Source: Raillietiella orientalis
Taxonomy: Eukaryota
Length of the DNA stretch: 64,000 nt
Assembly: GCA_036172245.1 (NCBI GenBank)
Contig: JAYWIR010000045.1
Span: forward strand, 186,001 to 250,000
Reading direction: 5' to 3'
In this document: in pieces, positions 49,701 to 63,800 of the stretch
Layout of the letters: each line of letters opens with the position of its first letter
How positions within the stretch are numbered: the stretch's first letter is position 1
Notes under the pieces: generated by a model
Database searches by the model: none
What the model saw: only the letters and a program-made list of their open reading frames with translations
What the model was told of the DNA's origin: nothing
Position numbers and translations under genes: made by a program

Positions 49701-52649
49701 AGGGATAGTGAAGAGGTTCCAGCAAGGGATACCATGGTTTCAGCGTTTGTGGAACTTTAAGCATGCTCTTGCAGAAGAGAACTGCAGATGTGGTCCCTAA
49801 AGCCTCCTGAGCGTTTCTCGTCGAGAAGGATTCAGCTTTATGTCTCCTCACGGAAGAGCTCGATTGGATGCTCGATTGGAGCCTTGGTGAAACTCGTTTC
49901 GCTCCGTTATATCCGCTTTCCCACTTGTGCCTTCCATCTTCATGTGTGCGTTACATGTGCATCGGCAATGCCTGTGCTGAACAAGTGGCAGCACTGAGCG
50001 TATTCCTGGCGTATCTTCCGTTTTTCGCAAGTGTTGGAAGAGGAGCCGAAATTCCTGCGCAGTGGCATTCTCGGAAGCTGGAACGAAACCTCTTCGAAAT
50101 GGACAGTCCCATCGAACATCTTGTCGAACGAGTAGGCCGAACGGATTTCAAGTCGCTCATTTTATCTTCTTGAGATTCGACTGCTGCGTGTTTCTCTCGA
50201 GGCTGTATGCAGTGGAGCGAAGAATGTACCAGAGTTTTTCCGACGCTTTTTCGAGTCTGTTCTTTAGGGAAGCTGATGAGGTTCTATGTTTTCCGTCTTT
50301 GGCGCATGCCTGCGTCGCTTGAGACGGAGGCGCGCGACGTATCTCGAAGATGCTCGACGGATCTTCGGAGCCCAGACCTAAACTGTTCCGAGTGGTTTCT
50401 GGATTCCTCCCTTGATGGCACACACACGTCGAGGGTTCAAACTGAATGCGGAGACTTTTCCAGGATTCAGGAAAGAAGCTCAGCGTTGCTTGTTTCATCC
50501 TCAGAGAGGAAAAAAAATCAGTGCTGCCCCGAAGGTTAACTGGATTCGCTCCTACGGGAGCTGCCTGCGAACCGTAGGTGCATTTCCCGTAAGAGCCGAA
50601 GCAAGCCGAACGCGCCTTAAGATTCTCCGAAGGTCTAAGAGGATCTTTCACTCTGCGAAATTCCTCACGCTGCCTTTCTCCTCCTGAAAGAGGAAGAACC
50701 ACCCAACAAAATAGTCTTCTACCTTTACAAGTGGTAATGGGTGACCTTAGTCAGGGACTCATTACCGGCTTGCTGTAGCACCCCGAAAACAAGACTGAAT
50801 GCGTAGCATCTTGAGCCGATTCATGGAAGACGCCTGCGTTGCTGGCTCGAAAATTTGGCTGCCAGTGATGACGAGGAGTTTTCTTTTTGACGGCAATATC
50901 AAAAATTAGGAATCTGGTTCCCGAGCACTTATTTGAAGTTCTAGAAGGGGTGGATGGTTTGAGCTATCGGTTCTTCGGCCCGCTACGTTCTTAGGTCTAA
51001 GACACGGACGATTTAGGAGAAGAAGCTATAAATAAACAAACAGATATGAGAGGGAGGGATGGGAGACAGGACCGTTCCATACGTGATGCTGGGCGGTGAC
51101 TTTCTTTGCTACTAGTTAAGAAAGGGAACACTACGCCACTCTACTCGTCGCGAAGGCGACAAGTCCTACGTTGTTGCTGATGCACTTCCGACGTCCTTCG
51201 GACGGGCACCATCTCCCCCTGGTACAACACAGGGATCGTGATCAGAGAGACAGACGGAAGTCTCTTGCTCACGAAGCAGCTCTTCAACAGCGTCTTGGGG
51301 GACTTCCTCGGGTAAAGCACGGCAATCGCCAGGCGCTTTACAGCTGCTCTGAAAGAGCGCTGTATTCCAGGAACATGGGAGGGCACATTTTCACTTCCCT
51401 ACACAGTTCCGGGATACGACTCCTTCTCATCCAGAGATGTAGTGCTGGCTGAACGAGAATTCCAGGGAATCAGGAAGAAATAGGGAGAGAGACGCGCTGT
51501 CTTTTCAAGAGGAGCAAGCCCGGAAGCAAGGAAGGAATCGACAAGTCATCAGAAGTCCATAAGAATGTCCAGAAGCTCAGGCCGCCAAAGCAGACCTTCC
51601 GTTTGAGCGCTCGAGGTGTTTTCCAAAGGGTGGTGGGCGGACCAATCAGGCGGCTGGTCGGCGCACTCAGCCCGCCCAGGGATAGAAGTGGCGATCGAGT
51701 GAGAAGGTGGGCACGCGAGACCCTTCGTAGGGCTACGCCAATCTGAGAGCTCCTGTGCTCTTCCTGGTTTCTGTGACGCGGCTCCTGGGAAGTGTGAAAT
51801 TGGCATTTCTGCAAGCGTCAACCCTGCCCGCTTCCGATAATCGGCGGCTCCAGACTCCGAATCGGATGATCTCCTGGGTGGAGGGAGCTGAAGCACCTAC
51901 GTCCTGGACATCCCGCGTCCTCCTAGGAGGCGCACCCGCAGGGGTGGTGTCCATGGCTTCGTCACTGTTTCTCTGCCTCGCTGTCCTGCGTATTAGCACA
52001 CGACTGCAGCAAAAAGTCATATCCGATTTCGATCTGTCAATCTGGACCTAGCGTTTGCTTGTTCCCCTTTCCTGCGCGAGTTCGTTCTCTTAATCGAAAG
52101 AAGCAGAGAGGGTTTTTGAGCCTTCTTTGTTTGTATTTTCTCCTGTGCTCGCTCCCTCCAAGAAAAAAAAAAATAGAAATCATGGCAAAAGAAAAAAAAA
52201 ATAGATGTTGCTATATCGAGTGGCATATAATGGCACTGCTTTGGCGTAAACTTATTTTGATTTCAACGAAGACAAACTCCATGATTACCAAGGTTCACTC
52301 CGAGCAACGAACGCTTGCTGCCACCTTGTTCTCTCATCTCACCTTACAGGGGTCTCCTTGGAAGGCCTTCAATGCAAAAGGCGATCATTTGGTTCCTCGG
52401 CGTACGTGCTGGACATGTATGTACACTTGCAGCAAGAAACAAACACACAGTCGAAATCTGTTCTGTTCTACCCGGGCTCCTCATCCTTTGGCTATTATTG
52501 GATCATTGGTCCGATTTTTTCGGAACTGCTGATGCTGTACATTCTACGTTAACTTTTCTCCTGTGTAGTTCTCTTAATGGTTTTCCTTGTACAGTAGGTT
52601 GCCTAGTGATTTATGTACTCGTAAAGACAAATGCAATAAGTTAACAGTA

Positions 52650-55600
52650 TTTTTCATCTTAAATGTCATTGGAACTCAATCATTCGCAAGAAGATAGGAA
52701 ACTGAAAGCTTCTGCTACTCTTCTGGTGGAATCAATTGATGGTTATCCGATTTCGTGGTTTCTCAGTTGAGCAACGTTTTTTCTCGATGATTGTTCTCGG
52801 CGAACGGACTGCTATGACCAATCCGAGCTACTTGGGTGGAGGTGCTGAATTCTTAGAGCATCTTCTGCTAGGCTCGATCCATTCTGAGTACATTAAAAGA
52901 GGCCTTTTCGCTTTTGGAACTGTTCGAGTCAGGGATTGAATTCTTAGCCCTCCTACTTGGGGTTACCACTTTCATCGTGGTCTACGGGAGCTGCCAATCA
53001 CCTGTGCGTACTCGGAAACTCGTTCCGTAGGATACAAAAGGCGCCATCCCAGCGTGGCAGAGCACGGTTTGGTGCTTCGCAGGTTCCGCGAGCATCGGAA
53101 GAAGAGGCGTTCCCACGACCTCATGAGTCAGGCGCTTTGGAAGCAGCACTCACAGCTCTGCAATAAACCTTAACACACGCCTCATGAATCCTCTCGGAAC
53201 TAGTGTCCCATCTCCATCCAGACAAGCCATTCGTTGACGACCGCATGACTCCTTTTCCTTCTGTATATATTGTGCAGCCAGGCTGGTCCCAAACGCAAAT
53301 CCAAGCACCTCCTGAGCACAGAGTTCGGGAACCTCATTTCATGCAAGGTCATCGTTTCGCAGAGGGGTAGACACTGTCTGGAACACCAAGAACTATTGGA
53401 ATTTCTGGCCGCCTGGAGACGAAACTCGTGAAAACTTCGGGAAGAATCATTTTGACTAGCAGAGCAACTTTCAATCACGCCCCGTCAGGGTACTGAAAGC
53501 ACACAAGTAGCAGTAGCTGTGTTAGTAAGGATTGTCGTGGTTGCCTTGGAGAGAAAGCAGAAGGCAGAAGCCACTACAAGCGAGGACAGGAATCGGGAAA
53601 TCGGCAGTTCGATCGAAAGTGTCAGAATTCTCGAGCCGTTCTTCCAGAAACCCGAGGGCCGAGCGCGCACGCGTTCTTCGTCTCTCTCCTTTGAGAACGA
53701 TCCAAGCACCCAAACAGACTTTATGCCATTCCTTTCCGGTCCCTCACCCCCTTCTCCCTAGTAAGGATTCTCTCCGTGACTTTGCGTCTTCCAGAGTTCA
53801 GGTTAAAAGTTGCCTTCCCGAAGCTGGGCGCCCCATTCCTAGGCACTCTGAAGCGTCGAAGTCTTCCATCGCCTTTCCAGAGCACCTTCTGAAAAATACC
53901 CGGGGAGTCTGCGGCCCACGAAGCCAAAACACTTCTTTTCACCCGTTTACTCGTTTTCCTTTGACCTCATCCCCAGCCCTAGAAATATGACTCGACCATT
54001 AGTCGGGCAGATGAAATCAGCACGAGCATTCGCGTCAGGAAGATAAACGAAACTGGGCTATTTATAGATGTCGAATTTAGCCAAACACATTTGTTGTGTC
54101 TCGAATTGTCGCCCTTGGAACACTTTCCGAAGGGGCCGTGGCTCCCTGCACATTCCTAGAACGGATGTACTGTTCGTGAGACAAAAACATTTCCGGCGGA
54201 TCGGAAAGAAGGAATTGCGAATGCCATCGAGCGTTCGCTCTTAGGGAAGAGGGTCCCGGATATTTTGATGAATCTGATGGGCTCCTTCCCAGCTGGAGAT
54301 GTGTTTGAGGAGTTCGAACGCATCTCCTCTTTTCGAACTCTACAAGTTGCTTCCAGGGTTCTCGACTGAAGGACCCTTGTCTCTGTTCTCGGCTCCCGCG
54401 TTTCCAAACTAGGAAATCGCGCTCGATGCAGACTCAGAAGCAGAACGCCACGGGAAGCGGTCTCACCTCCTCCTGTGCCTTCATCATGAATCCCTGCAAC
54501 TCGGTTCCATCTTTCGCTGTGGTATCCATCGTCGAAAGGGGAAAAGTGAGCGAAAGAGAATCCTCACTCTACGTGATTTCTAATACGAGCCCTCACTGAG
54601 GAAGCGCTGGTTCTGTGAGGGTGCTCCACCCAGATTACCCCCTTCACTTCCTCCATAAGTAGGGGACTCAACTCATCACCCTCCTCATCATGAAATCCTT
54701 TCCGATTCCATACCTTCCCATCCTCACCCAACAGCTCGGTCAGTGCTCCTTACACCTCTTACTAGAGACTCAACTAGAGTAACGCATTATCTACTCAAAA
54801 GCAGCATTGCTGCCTTTGTCTCGCCACCGTCCTTCCGCGGAGGTGGCTGCTATCCACCTCGGAGTCTTTTGCATTGCATTTCAGACGGAGCGATCAGAAG
54901 TGATGCAACGGAGTCAAGAGGGTGGTGGCAAGAAGCGTCTTTCACGCGTTCCCCAGCAACACCTTGCATCAGAAAGGCACTTCCTCTCCTGCAATGAGGT
55001 GGAAGGGTGGGAATCTCTCGGTTAAGCGAGGCCTTGGGATCGACCATAGAAATTCCTCCCTAGCCACACGAATCCAACACACTTTTGCAGTGGAGGGCAG
55101 CGCCAGTTGGAAACCCCTTGCACTACGAAGCGACCGAGACGATCCTCTTCGAACCAGCCTTCAGTGGATTGAACATGTGGTAGGCTGTTTCTCAGAGGTT
55201 AACCAGAGGATGATGGTCATGTAGAATGCCGCATCCCATTCAGTCACGATATCCCCTCATAGAACGGAGTTCTTGCCCCACTTTATGCAATGGCAGTCAT
55301 TCGGGACTACGAGAGATTTCTCTGTTCGTTCAGATGATAAATATTTGCTCTTCCGTTGTGGATTTCTTGGTTGCGGCTTTCTCAGAAAGTGGAAGCTCGT
55401 GGCGATCACTTTCCTTTCCTCGGTCTGCATCCTTCGAATCGAGCAGTTACTGGTAGCAAAATCCTGATGCGTACTCTGCTGCATCGCGAAACTCTGGATC
55501 TCAGGATAGGTCATCGACATCTTTCTCGTTTGTGGCAAGTCCGACTTCGGCGGTGAGGGTTCTGAAAACATCAGCAAAGGCGGCATGGTCCAACTCGTTC

Positions 55601-58600
55601 CGTGGTTCTTCCACCGTGCTTTCTTCTGTTGTCTTTGCAAAGTTTGCTCTTGAGAATTCCAAAGCAGAGAGCGTGGGCGAAATTCCTCCATTTGCGCAGC
55701 AAAGCACCAGCAACCTCCCGCTAACCGCCGAAGGAGGTCGAGGCGTGGGCACTTGAGGCGGAAGAAAGGAATTCAGGATGCGACACGTCATCAAAGATGC
55801 CTTCTGTATTTCGGGAACGCGCGCGAATGAACATTCGGATGGAGACTCCGTTTGCAGATGAACGCTTTAGAAAACCGTGGCGCATTCGCGGGCTAAGAGT
55901 GCGCGAATAAGGCAGACGCTGGTGCGTTCCTACAACCAACCATATCCTGGTTGAGAAAAAAAGAAGACTTTGGCCCCAGAGCGAATTAAGCACGGACCTT
56001 TCTTCCTGGGAATCCTATGGGGACCAAACTTTCCGCAGTGATCTCAAATGAGATTTCGGTTCTCGGTGCAAATTCATTCAGGGAAGAAACATAGTTTCTC
56101 GGATAGTCACAGAAGTTTGGGGCCCAGTCCTGCTTGCTTTAGAAATTCTCGAGCGCTAGAAGTTGGGACTGAAGCTGACCTTGCGCTCACACTCCTCAGC
56201 CTTGAAAAAAATGCCCGAAGAAGTTTCCGTGATCTCCGAGATTGGAAAGAGAGATTTTCGTTCCGAGTTCTTCCCGCAGTAATCCTCTTGCAAAAATCGT
56301 CAAGGAACATCTTGCAGGTTTAGCGAGCAGAGCGCAGAAGAGAAACAACGATGTGAGCAGCAGTTCTGAAAAAGGGGGATTAGAAACGGAAAGACCAGAA
56401 TGCTCAAACAGAACTCGTCAGTCAAGAACTGCTTTCCTGCTTTCTTTCCAGACCTCATCTCGGTGATTCAAGTTGGAATGGATGATGGATCATCCTCCTC
56501 ACCCCCTCCCAAGAAAGCATGCTCTTAGCTGCAGATAAGATTATACGTGTCAGTTAGAAGAATTTCCTGAAACGTGCTATGCTGTTCTGGAAAAATTAGG
56601 AACAGCGCAAAAAAGAATCTTTCTTATGTCCGTTGCTGCAGCAGCGGGGCTTCGAAAGCCGAGGGCACAACAGGGCGGATAAAAACGCAAAGCAGAGTCC
56701 TGCAACGAAAAAAAGGATGAAGCCATGATAACTAATAATAAAGCCGGCCTTGTCGGCACTACAACTGACTCTGAACCTCAAAGAAGGAATAGAAGTGCGG
56801 CAGAAAGAATTTCTAAAGCGCTACGTAGCGCTGTTCTCTGCTGCGCTGATTTGCTTGCCAGCCTCATCGTTAGTGATTACGCATTCCCAGGTCCTCCCTC
56901 CACCTACTCTTGAACAGGCTCGCAGGCCATGATGTCTCCTATAGTGAGAAGGATATCACTCAATCAGAAAGAGGCTGCGCGCTCTGATCCCACACAGCGG
57001 ACGAATATGAGATGCTAAAGCGGCTCGTGCATGAAATTTAAACGATCTCTGATTGATCATGCGAACCAATGCTGGGATTCCTAAGGGTGTGATTGTCGTC
57101 CGCTCATTAGGTTTCAGGAGTCCAGGACCGTTCTGAGAAAGCGTAGAAATCCAAGCACATGCCAAGCAGCTCGTCAGCGGAATGGTAGAGCCCACCATCC
57201 AACCCAAGGGTTCGACATCTACTGGGTACACTGGCTTGAACGCCTCGTCAAGAGGCCGAGAGCAAAGCTGGATGGTGAGGTTTCCAGGAAAAGCCCACTA
57301 ATTCTTACTCCTGCGCAACATCCAAGACCAAGAAAGCTTCGACAGCGAAAACTCCTGATGCTTAGAGGAGCGTTCAAACCGCAGAGGTGAACTATGAGGA
57401 CAAACACTATGTCGACAAAGTCCTCGTCCCCGTCTCTTGAATGCCCGTTGCGGAACATCCCTTCGTCCATAACGAGGAATCTGGATAGGTTCAGGATGCG
57501 ATAAAAGCTATCGAAACCTCTCCCTTTCTGCAATCTTCCTCCTCAAGTGGACCACAAATGGACTGAAAACTTCCAAGAAACAAGCAGAAAGACTGTGGAT
57601 CGCCCCTTAGGTGTAACGACCCTGGTCATAAGAAGACACAGAAAGACCTTTTCGTCCTTTGACCGTTTGGTTCGATCACGGACGGGAACAGTTTCTCCTG
57701 ATAAGAAGAAGCGATAAGAACTGGAAGGCGAATTCAAGGTGGTCGCTGCGAAAACACCTGTCGATTGGATTCCGTTAGCAATGTGGGCATCCCTGGATCA
57801 GGATCATTTATTCATGCGCAAAGAAGAATGGTCTCTGCATCGGATCCGCTTTGTTCGATGGAAGGATCGGGAAACCGATCTCACGACAAGTGGCGCGTGT
57901 ATGCAGTTACCTCTTTCTCTTCCTCCGGAAGCTGCGAGTACATTTCAGTGTGTTAATTGCGAAGTCCTCGCTTTCTGATATACTAGCGGCCGCGACCCTC
58001 GCCTCAGGGAAGCTGGCTTTCCGGTTAACCGTCAGCAACAGAGGAGATGGTCGAGGACAGAGTGACTGGATCCATACGGCTCGAGATCTGTATTCTTCGG
58101 ACAGATCTGGCAGCAGGGACCAGAGGAATGGCGCTTTCCCGCTTCTTGTGCAAGCAAGAATTTGCCCCTTGTTTGCGGTCTGCTTTTCGAGTCGGGGCGC
58201 AGTTGCAATATTCAATCTGTAGCTTGAACGCCCGTCGTTTTCCATGGTGAGCGCCATCTCAGGAGCAAGCAAGAAGCCTGGGAAGAAAAAACAAAACAAA
58301 ACAAAAAGAAACTTTAGAATTTCAAGCAGGATTATCTGGTCTGGAGAAAGAATCTCGTCTTCGTCTTCCAAGTATTCGTTCTACCAGCGCTTGATTGGTT
58401 AAAAAGAAGGATCGAAACGGGGTGTATTTAGGCTGAAGTTACTCGTTTCGTGATGCAAAATCGATTTCCCGGTGGAGGTAGTAGACACTCTTGCTCGCAG
58501 TCTGTCGAATGGCTCCGCGGTTGTTGCTGGACCAAGCAAAGCTCCTGCTTCGACGCCAATTGGAGGGACGGAGTCTGGGCATGAAGACATCATGTTTTCC

Positions 58601-58700
58601 CGGGGTGGCGCTGTCGTCGAGCTGTCACTCGAAGCGATGAAGAGGCGCTTCTGAACCACGCGTATTCTTTTGTCAGCAGAGAAGTCCTGTTTGAGACCTT
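52650..58700 (-). mobile_element. Ancient, possibly near full-length L1-like LINE relic
   Basis: Remnants in the expected order on the minus strand: SLQDS (about 56700, endonuclease LQET-like), EGDELSPLL (about 54658-54684, RT QGDPLSPLL), FIKISGTLF (about 54260), CC..ERLFFRC (about 53100, zf-RVT). Ends uncertain. Confidence 0.55.
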
Positions 58701-61032
58701 AAGAAAGCATTCGGCGTCATCCGGAACCCTCATTAATGACCAGTTGTTGGGGTGCCTTGCAAACCACGTGTTGACGGAGGAAGAGGTGCCATTCTTCCCT
58801 TTGTTCAAAAGAGGGTCGAAATCCGACCTCCCGGCTTCTTCCTGAGGAGTGCTCATCCTCCAGGATGCTTTTCTTTTGTTGTCTCCTGATAAAATCGGTT
58901 TTGAAATTCCTGGGTGTTCCGACTCAGAAAAAACTCCATCATCTTCCATCAATGCTAGAGAATCCTTTGTATTGGTAAAAGGTTTCCCTACAGTTTTCCC
59001 TATAATTCTGCAGCCAGACTGGAGCTATCTAGTTCAGTCAGACTGAGGACTGCCCGAATAAGAGCCGTCGGTATTCAAAGAACGGAAATCTTCATGGTTG
59101 GTTGAGAAGGTGTCGCGTTCCTGCACCGTCTGGAAGTCGGGACGCAGCTGCAAGGCTCCTTCTCAGAAGCCTGGTGCTTATCTCTAAGACGCTTTACGGA
59201 GAGCCCAAGAAAGTTAAGATCAAATAGAGTGACCGAGGGGAAGGTCTGAGGTGGTTGCTATGCTTCTGTTCTTGCGTTGCGGTTTTCTCTTGGATGAGAT
59301 TCCCGGTTGTTTATTGAGTGGGCGGACGGATTGAATAGAACCGAGTGAATCTTTATTTTCTTCATCATTTGCATGCCCTGTCCATCTCCTCCTGTCCGCA
59401 TTAGGTTATGGTATGATTCTCCGAAATCTTCCTTCCGGCTCGTACCAGTTCTTCTAGGGCCTCGATTTCCCGGTGGATTTCTTCATCGGTCTGCGTGTCC
59501 CAATCTATAGGTGTAATACTTGTCCCTGCCATATTCCATATCGAGAGAGATCTCAATGCTCCCCACATTTTGTCGAGGTGTAGCTGCAGGCTCTCCAGCT
59601 CTTGCATCCTACTTCATTCGCGCGGGACCCCATGACCCCAGAGAGGCTCTGAGGGACTACCCGAGCACTAAGGTCATGTGAACATCCAAGGTCACGCGAG
59701 GAACAACGAGCTCACTGGGTTTGATCTCTTTTCTTTCTTGAGCTCTAAGGAATGCGTCTTAAGGAGTAAGCATCACGCTTCTGAAAAGGATTGTGGTCGT
59801 TAGGGAAGTGGAATTTTCCCAAATCGATCTTCAGGATCGAGGAGAATCAAGAGATCAGCACCAAGATTGGTTGGTCATCGGCACTTCAGCTCCCGTGTTC
59901 GATTTGGAAACGAAAAAGAGATTAGAGGTTGCGGAAAACACTCCCGAGTGACCGAAAGAGGAAGCGCGGGTTCGGTTGCCTGGAAGTGTTTCCCAGCTGA
60001 TCGGTGACGTCATGCTCCGAATTGTTCGCGGGACTCGAACCGCAGGGTGAGAAGGTGAAAGATCAAGAGCACGAATGGGTTGTTCCCCCCTTCCCACGAA
60101 ACCAAGACAGCCCGGCATCAAGGGTGTGGTGGTGGAGGAAATCCTTCTACTGGAAGGGGTACGGCGTTTCCTCAACTGCTTTGTTTTGGCAAATGGGAGC
60201 TAGGGAGCACCGAGGTCCCAATTTTACTTCCGGTCCACATCCCACCTTCCCCCACACACGCACTCAGGCCGGCTTAGAGCAGCAGCATGACCGCACCGTG
60301 CGGTGGACTCACTCCTGCATCTTCCCATAGTCCTCTCGGCGGCAAAAAGAAGTTTGCAAGGGTGGAAGGAAGAAGTGATCCGTCGAAGCACTGTTCCAAT
60401 GTGTTTGGGAAAAATTTCGCCCTTTCTTTTCCTGCATCCAGAGGACGCTTTCCAAAGCGTCATCTGGATACGGAGTTAGCTAGAACTAGAATCTTTGATT
60501 TCAGTGCGGCAGGGATCTTCATGACCAGTTGGACACGAAAGGCTCGGGAGGTTCGTATCTGGTGGACTCTTGTCAGCTGATGCAGTGAACGTTCCATGGT
60601 TTGATATGGCACCAAGCGGTCCAGAGGACCAGTTTCTCGGGCGCTTCCCGGTTCCTATTTCGAAGAGAGGAATTGCAAAATTCTGGCTAGCTGATTGGGC
60701 TCCACGAATTCGGATGTTCGGATTTTTTTCCCTCTTCCTAGTTTTCTCTTTCTGTGCTTGCTGCGGGTAGAAAGCGATCCCTCGTCAATCTCCAGAGTCT
60801 CAACAGACTTGTGTTGCTCGCTCCTTCCACGGAGTGCAGAAGACGACCTGATGGTCGTCTTCTGCACGGTGACGGTTCGGAGGCTGTGATCACCAATGGA
60901 TCAATCGTTAGCTGAGCGTGCATTCTCAGATCCAGTGATGCTCGTTTTTGCCTCATCCTGTTGGAGGCGATAAAGCTCATTGTTGACGCGAAGGATTCCA
61001 AGGAGGACTCAGCGGGGTCAGTTGCCTTTCCA

Positions 61033-61424
61033 GCGTGTCAGGAAGTGCGCTGCTACCTTCGAAGATCGCCCTCCAGAGAAATTCGGAAGCGACCCTTCGG
61101 AGAAGAAATAAGGAATGGTCCCCTCAGGTCGGAGTTCCTCGGGGGAGAATAAGGAAGAGTTTCCCTACGAGATTCCCTTCGGAGTCAATCATGAGGTGGG
61201 TTCCTTTCGGGTCCCCCTCTCAAGAGTAGCAGGAACGGATTCCTTCCTTTGGAGCCTTCCTGGATTCGTAGGGTATTCCCTCCGGGGTTATCCCCTAACT
61301 GGAAGAGTTACACGTACTCTCGAGTAATGTAGGCAGTGTCAAAGAGTCCGTGAGCTCCCTCTGAGGAGGCGAACGGTTCTTCAGCACTTTGCGAGCCAAA
61401 AAACGGAAACCCAAAAGAAAAAAA
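61033..61424 (+). mobile_element. 5'-truncated SINE-like copy S5
   Basis: gtgtcaggaagtgcgctgct..ccagagaaattcggaagcg..ccttcctggattc..ggaagagtta..acggttctt matches the 3' half of S1/S2; A-rich tail. Confidence 0.8.
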
Positions 61425-61449
61425 GCAACTGTAAGGAAGTGGCGAGGAC

Positions 61450-63800
61450 AGAAGAACCCCCAAAAGGGTTTCCATCACGATGGTCGAGGCCAAATTGCCA
61501 AATCATTAATTTGCTCCACGCAAATTAATGATTTCCTGGAACCTCGTCTCTTCGTCAAAGGGTGTTCACAAGAAGGGTTTCGTCCTTTTTGCTTTGTCCT
61601 TTCCGTTCGCATTCAAAATCACAGGAAGGGTAGATCCAGAGCTGCGATTACCTGTTGGAAAAACAATCTTTGTCTCTGGACTCGCAACCAGGAAGTGGAG
61701 ACTTGTCACCTGACAGCCCGAGAGTATTTGGAAAGCTGCTGCTACTGGAACTACTGGATCATCTTTCTCGAGTTCGTGCATGGAATGAGTCAAAGTGAAA
61801 AGAGTAGCAGAGGACCAAAGAAGTGGGTTTGGAGCGGCTAATGTAGAATCATTAAGGGTTCACCCTATGGACATCAAAGAGGGGACGGTACTCCGATTTT
61901 CCTGTCTTCCTGTCTGTTACTGCTGCATTTCAGGTTCCGATGGGAGGAAACTCTTCGAGCTAACCTCCTCATCTTATCTTGGATGTTTTCAGCAACGCAG
62001 TTTTCCTTGCAAAAGCGATGTACAGATTGGTTCCCGACATTAGCTTGTTTTTTGGGGGCGTGTGCTTTCTTTGCTTGTTCAGAGTTCCTGGAACAACGCT
62101 GAATCCTCAGCAAGAAAGTGTGCTAGTTGTAGGCTGCATAAGGAACACTGTGCGAAGGAAAGCCGCTCCGTGGCTGGAATAAGGAGCATCTAATCCTCCT
62201 TCTTCCTCCTTCTCATGAAACGAAAAGAACCAGTGCATTCTCAGCCTCTGTTGGTTCTCCCTTTCCCATGAATGCTGGCTGAAAAATGCTTTCCCCACTA
62301 TGGTGGCGTCATGTCACCCCATTCTTGTCCAGGAAACCCAGATGCCAATAGAGGAAAGGCCCACTTTGGTCGGCGAGTGCGATCCGCTTCGTTTCCCATC
62401 CTGTGCTGGGACATCCGGATCCTTTTGAACCCTCGAAGTGCGTCACCTCGGGCGCTCTTCCTGAGATGGTTTTCATCCGACCAGAAACCAATTTTCCGCA
62501 CCTTCACGCTATGCTGAATTCATTTCTCGAGAAGGTTTTTCCTTCTCGGTTCAGGAAAGAACTCAAAGAGAGCTAACCCGAGAGTCCGTTTGCCACGTCG
62601 ATTGGTCCAGCAACCGGAAAACGGGAAGGATTCTTCCTGAAAAGCAGGAAAATCGACAACTTATCTTCGCCACCTTGCATTGGGGCAAGAAACCACTGGG
62701 GCTAATTAAATTGCGAGAGCAAGATTCCCCCATTCCCTGTTGTGGAATGTTGAGCTCCGCCATCTCGTGCCATTTGCACCTTGATTTATGTCCGGCTGCA
62801 GTCAGTGTCCAGAAAGGGGGAACTGTTATAACATGTCTTTTTCTTTCCGCTTCACTCCACAGAGTGCTCTGACTGATGCACGCAAATGATCCTTCGGTAT
62901 CACATTAATCAGGAACGGGGTGACGCTGGCCACAAACTAGTTTAGGCCCTCGGCAATCGATACACAGTGATACACAGGATTTCCGTGGCGCGTGTTGCTC
63001 CTCTTCCGATTTCCTTTTCGGTACTAGGCTATTCCTCCTGGATGCCATTTTTTTGCCACCGTCAGCTCTGTGTCTTGGGTTTCCCTGCAGAACCGCTAAC
63101 CTCTTGAGATTTTCTCGAATCTTCCGTGAAGTTTCGGCATCGCGCCAGGATGAGTGGAGGGAAGCTTCCGCTCGTCCTTCGTGACCTGGTGGACCGTTAT
63201 GAACGCTGCATCCTCATTCAGCTTAGTGAAGCAGCCAAGATGAATAAGGGTATGAGTGCGCTCGGACGTGCATAGAACTGAGCGAGCACGGGGCAGCCAA
63301 CTGGGGGGCAAAAAAGAGAAAATCCTTTGATGCGCGAGTTCCATTCACTTCCCGCGCCGTTTTCGCTGCTCTCTCAAGCAGACGGTGGCGTACCGTAAAG
63401 AAACCAACCACGGGCTCGGTTTGGTGCTGAGGCACCGATTCTGCAGCTTCCATCTGGACGGAAAATTTTGAAGTTGTGGAGCGGCAAGCGTTCCTTTCGC
63501 AGCTTGGAAACACGGCAGTCGTCTTTCTCCTGCATGCCTCTTTTCAAAGTTCGAAAATCGCGATCCGGTAGAAATCTGCTCATTAAGATGGCGATGTTAT
63601 GGAATTCGGTGGCAGATACTAGTTGTCTGCGGAAAGCTGCTCTCTGCAGATTTATCTTCTATTTATCGAGAGCGTTGCGAAATCTCTGCTCGGAGCCACG
63701 TCTAGGTAATGTGCTTCTCGGGAGTTATGAACCCAAAAGGCAGCTATTTGTTATTTGCTAGTAGCGCTGTAGACACTAAAAGTCGGGGACGTGTTGTTGA
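61450..63800 (-). mobile_element. Ancient LINE ORF2 relic
   Basis: TKLNEDAA (WKLN-like), MKTISGRAPEV (KAPG-like) and NQSVHRFCKENCVAENI (Q..F..GR.I.DNI-like) occur in the expected order. Confidence 0.4.

Noticed and set aside
61290..61385. HDV-like or hammerhead ribozyme at the SINE 3' end (ggcgaa/ggctaa, ctgaagag)
   Set aside because: I could not build P1/P3/L3 or a CUGANGA...GAAA core conserved across copies; a simple hairpin explains the sequence.
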